Origin: the human T2T-CHM13v2.0 reference genome, Homo sapiens
Assembly: GCA_009914755.4 (NCBI GenBank)
Contig: CP068257.2
Span: forward strand, 37,120,001-37,184,000
Direction of reading: 5' to 3'
DNA: 64,000 bases
The notes below the pieces were generated by a model. The model was not told the origin of the DNA. It was given only the letters and a program-made list of their open reading frames with translations, and ran no database searches. How positions within the stretch are numbered: the stretch's first letter is position 1; the number at the start of each line of letters is the position of its first letter. The position numbers were made by a program, and so were the translations under genes. Positions 59,929 through 64,000 of the stretch are shown here, one piece after another.

Positions 59929-60131
59929 TTTTTTTTTTTTTTTTTTGGAGACAAGGTCTTGCTCTGTTGCCCAGGCTGCAGTGCAGTGGCTCAATGCAAC
60001 CTCCACCTCCCAGGCTCAAGCAATTCTCCCACCTCAGCTTCCTGAGTAGCTAGGACTACAGGCACGCACCACCATGCCTGGCTAATTCTTGCATTTTTTG
60101 TAAAAATGGGGTCTCACCATGTTGTTCGGGC
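59929..60131 (-). mobile_element. 5'-truncated Alu (about 200 bp, reverse) with 14-bp TSD
   Basis: 18-nt poly-T then ggagacaaggtcttgctctgttgcccaggctgcagtgcagtggctcaatgcaacctccacctcccaggctcaagcaattctcccacctcagcttcctgagtagctaggactacaggcacgcaccaccatgcctggctaattcttgcattttttgtaaaaatggggtctcaccatgttgttcggg. TSD aaggccagcttttt on both sides. Confidence 0.85.
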
Positions 60132-60689
60132 TAAGGCCAGCTTTTTCTTGCTGATGCAGGAAGAGGGACTGGATCAGACTCAAATCTGAGAGGCCCTGGA
60201 GGACCCAGCTATGAGAAACTAGCAATGAACTAGAGCAGGAGGGCCAAAGGCAGCCTGCTGGCTTCTTCTCATTTTTCCAGCCTCTGACACCTCACACCAT
60301 TATGAACATGTAATTGACCTGAATTTGTAAATTCTTATTCTTTTTTTTAATGATTTCTTTCCTGCATGAATGGCAGAGGGTGACTCATCCCCAGGGACGG
60401 GGCTCAACCTTTCAACATGAACTCACCACCATGTAACGCGTGCGGCCCCCACTGGCTGAAGCCATTTGATAAATCCCTTTTTCTCATTTTTACAGAGAGA
60501 AGGTCTAAGATCCAAGCTACAGCCTAATTCAGCCATTTGCCCTTTACCCGAGTTTTTCAATATACTCCACACTTTCTTACTCCTGCTGAGAGCCCCACTT
60601 TCCTTGAATGCATTCCTCTCTTGGCTCCCTCCCTGCCGCCGGCCTTCTCCCTCTCTCTCCCTTCCAGGTCACTTCTCGTGATGAGATTG

Positions 60690-61040
60690 GACTTGTTTCC
60701 TGGGGCTCTGGTAACAAGTTAGCTTAAAACAGAGAAATGGACCCTTTCACAGTTCTGGAGGCCAGAAGTCTGAAATCAAGGTGTTGGAAGGGCCACTCTC
60801 CCTCTGAAGCCCCAGTAGAGGATCCTTCGTGGCCTCTTCCAGCTCCGGGGTCCCTGACACCCCCCGGCTTATGCCCGCTTCTCTCCCCTCACTGCCTCCG
60901 TCCTCACACGGCCATCTTCTCATCTCCTTGTATCTCTTCTCTGTGTGTCTCTTATAAGGACACTTGTCATTTGACTCAGGACCCAGCAGGATAACCCAGG
61001 ATAATCTCGTCTTGAGATCCATCACTTACTACAACTGCAA
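60690..61040 (-). mobile_element. MLT1/MaLR-type LTR fragment (reverse orientation)
   Basis: ggtaacaagttagcttaaaacagagaaatggaccctttcacagttctggaggccagaagtctgaaatcaaggtgttggaagggccactctccctctgaagcc ... gtgtgtctcttataaggacacttgtcatttgactcaggacccagcaggataacc resembles reverse-oriented MaLR LTRs (...ctcacagttctggaggctggaagtccaagatcaaggtg...cttataaggacacc...). Confidence 0.45.
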
Positions 61041-61045
61041 AGTCC

Positions 61046-61320
61046 TTTTTTTAGATGGAATTTCGTGCTTGTCACCCAGGCTGGAGTGCAATGGCACGAT
61101 CTAGGCTCGCTGCAACCTCTGCATCTGGGTTCAAGTGATTCTCCTGCCTCAGCCTCCTGAGTAGCAGGGATTAAAGGCACCTGTCACCATACCCGTCTAA
61201 TTTTTGTATGTTTAGTAGAGACGGGGTTTCACCATGTTGGCCAGTCTGGTCTCAAACTCCTGAGCTCAGATGATCTACCCACCTTTGCCTCCCAAAGTGC
61301 GTGAGCCACCGCACCCAGCC
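61046..61320 (-). mobile_element. Alu element (reverse) with internal deletion
   Basis: tttttttagatggaatttcgtgcttgtcacccaggctggagtgcaatggcacgatctaggctcgctgcaacctctgc ... ctacccacctttgcctcccaaagtgc|gtgagccaccgcacccagcc. The tgggattacagg block is missing. Confidence 0.85.
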
Positions 61321-63466
61321 AGGGCTGCTCTTAAATGATGAAACCAATGGGCTCTACAGCCTCAAATGCTGAGGGTCAAGCTGTGTCCTCTTCTGCCAAG
61401 AACAAGGAAGTGGTATGTCTGAGTGATATGTCATTGCTCATTGTCTGCCATAAGGTTGGGACAAAGAGCAGAGGTCTGGGCCTGGCTCTCAGCTTAGCCA
61501 GCCAGGCCCCCGGGCCAGGCTGAGTCACTGTGTCCTCACTGCTTAACCCAGGGTAGCAGTGCTCACTCTGCTTATCGCAGGGCAAGGGGCGATGGAGCTG
61601 CTATCTGGGAAACAGTTTGAAAACTGTGAAGGGCTCCACAGGCAAAGTGCCATTCTGTTTGTTTTAGTGGGGAATCACTCTAGGAAAAAATTAGGAGGAT
61701 TCTGGTCCTGAATCCTCTAGAAGTGTGCTCTGCGACTTTGGGCAAATCATTTAAACTGAAGATAGTAATGCTACTCAAAATCAGTAGTGTCACAGACGTG
61801 TCCACCTAGGAAAGGTATAAAGTACTATATAAATGTGAGGTTCTATCATTATTATAGTGTTTACCATTTCAGCAAAGTATTGTAAAAGACATTACATAAT
61901 GCATTTGCATCTTTTTACTGATAAAACTTCTACTATAAGCATTAGTATTTACTAACCAGCATTTTACATTTTCCTTTGAAAGGGCGAAATTCCTTCCGCA
62001 GAATTAAATCGTGTAATTTTTCCAACAGATATTTATTGAGTGCTGTGCATCAGGATTTATTCTAAGCATTGCAGGAAAGTAGTGAACAAAGCAGATATAA
62101 TTCCTTCCCTAATGGGGTGGAATTTGTGCTGTGGAGACAGAGAATTATTAAGGTAAAAAAGCAAAAGATAAAGAACGTAACGATAAGGGCTTAAGAAAAA
62201 AAAACTCATTCGGTGTCAGAAAGGAGTTGTTGAAATTTTAGGTGGGGTGGCCAGGGAAGGCTTCACCAAAGGTGACTATTTAGTAAAGATCTGGCAGCGG
62301 TGACAGTAGGAGTCACACGGACTCCTGGGAAGACCCTTCTAGGGAGAGGGAACAGCTCAGGAGGGAGTTGGCCTGGTGCCCAGAGCAGGAACTGAACATG
62401 GAGGCAGAGACTCAGTCATGTAACTGCTGGAGGCTGAGTCTCAGGGCCTCCAGGGGCGTGGCGGGCTTGGGCTCAGGCCTTTCTTCTGAGTCACACAAGA
62501 GCTGTTGGAGGGTTTTACCTGAGGACGGACAGGCTGACTGCCGTTTAAACAGGATCCCTCTGGCTGCTGTGTTGAGAATGGGTATCACGTTTAGAAGCCT
62601 TTTGAAATAAGTATTTGAATGCACAAGTCATACTGAAAGTCATTTTTTAAATGTCAAATGCTTGCCTTTTCCCCTAAACTAGAGCAGGTCATTCTTGCAG
62701 TGAAATAGTCCACTCACTTTTCTATAGTAGGATGAAAAGAAAGAAACGAGAAGGCACGACTTGCTGTATCTAGTCAAACATTCTTGCTACCAAGAAACAT
62801 TCACGCTCCGAGTGGAGAAGGGGCTGCCTGCATCTCGTGCCCTCTGGGTGAGCCCGGCTATGTCTTCCTTCACCACCCTCTGCTGGGAGGGTGGGAGCTG
62901 AGGGGACAAGGACACCTGAGAGAGGCCTGTGATGGGCTGCCCAGTGCCACCCAAGCCCCTACTGCACATCTTCCGCCCCAGCCCAGGTTGGTCCAGAAAA
63001 AGAACATCAAGTGTTGTTACCCAATTCTGGTGTCAAAGACACCCTAAGAGTCCTCCATTGCTACTGACCAGCAGTTTCACATGTACCTACAAACAGAAAT
63101 GGGGTAATTGGGTTTAATAAAAAAAAAAATACATTGGCCATAAAAAGGAATGAAGTTCATCCATGCAGTACATGCTACAGCACAAAAGAACCTTGAGAAT
63201 ATTATGTTCAGTGAAAGAAGGCAGTCACGAATGACCACATATTGTATGATTCCATTCTTATGAAGTGTCCAGAACACTTCATAAATCATAAGGCAAATCC
63301 ATAGTATCGGAAGGTAGATCCGTGGTTGCTTAGGGTTGGGGGTCGGAGGGATAATGGGGTGATAGCTAATCAAAACAGCTTTGTTTTTGAGGTGATGAAA
63401 ATGTTCTAAAAGGGACTTCGATAATGGTTGTACTTACCTGTGAATATTCTTTTTTTTAAATATTCT

Positions 63467-63793
<327 letters not shown>

Positions 63794-63859
63794 TTACCTA
63801 TGAATATTCTAAAAACCGTTGGATTGTATAGTCTAAATGGGTTGCTATGGTCTGAATGC

Positions 63860-64000
63860 ATGTGTCCCCTCAAAATTCCTATGTTGAAACCTAACCCCCG
63901 AGGTGATGGTGTTGAGGTGGGACCTTTAGGAGATAACAGATCATGATGGTGGGGTCCTCATGAATGGGATTCGTGCCCTTATGAATCAGGCCTGAGGAGC
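63860..64000 (+). mobile_element. MLT1-type LTR 5' portion (truncated by window end)
   Basis: gaatgcatgtgtcccctcaaaattcctatgttgaaacctaacccccgaggtgatggtgttgaggtgggacctttaggagataacagatcatgatggtggggtcctcatgaatgggattcgtgcccttatgaatcagg matches the MLT1 5' end (tgtgtccccccaaaattcatatgttgaagccctaacccccaatgtgatggtatttggagatggggcctttgggaggtaattagg...tgggattagtgcccttataa). Confidence 0.5.

Overview
This window reads as primate (almost certainly human) nuclear DNA from a gene-poor intergenic or deep-intronic region. About 32 Alu elements sit in it, several near the young AluY consensus with intact target-site duplications. It also holds at least 14 ERVL-MaLR solo LTRs (THE1/MST/MLT1 types), several old L1 fragments, MIR remnants, and a nearly full-length Tigger1 DNA transposon carrying a decayed pogo/CENP-B-like transposase ORF. 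Other repeats are two smaller hAT-type elements (one MER20-like), a ~400-bp (TC)n polypyrimidine tract, an AT-rich minisatellite, and CA/CAAA microsatellites. I found no convincing protein-coding gene, tRNA, rRNA, CRISPR array or prokaryote-style operon. Almost all ORFs in the six-frame track are translations of Alu, LTR or simple-repeat sequence.

The most notable non-repeat features are:
- a 146-bp templated insertion inside an Alu that is ~99% identical to a segment about 1 kb downstream;
- repeat-free, TAAT/TGACAG/GATA-rich blocks at about 31.4-31.9 kb and 33.6-35.2 kb that look like candidate conserved developmental enhancers;
- a 1.7-kb repeat-free GC-rich island (15.5-17.2 kb) holding a splice-site-flanked 289-bp open segment (possible unannotated exon);
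- a cluster of four CACCC boxes at 51.3 kb.

Nothing here supports a novel 'biological system'. The region looks like ordinary repeat-rich human DNA with a few checkable oddities. All coordinates are hand-counted and may be off by a few bases. Family assignments rest on my memory of consensus sequences.
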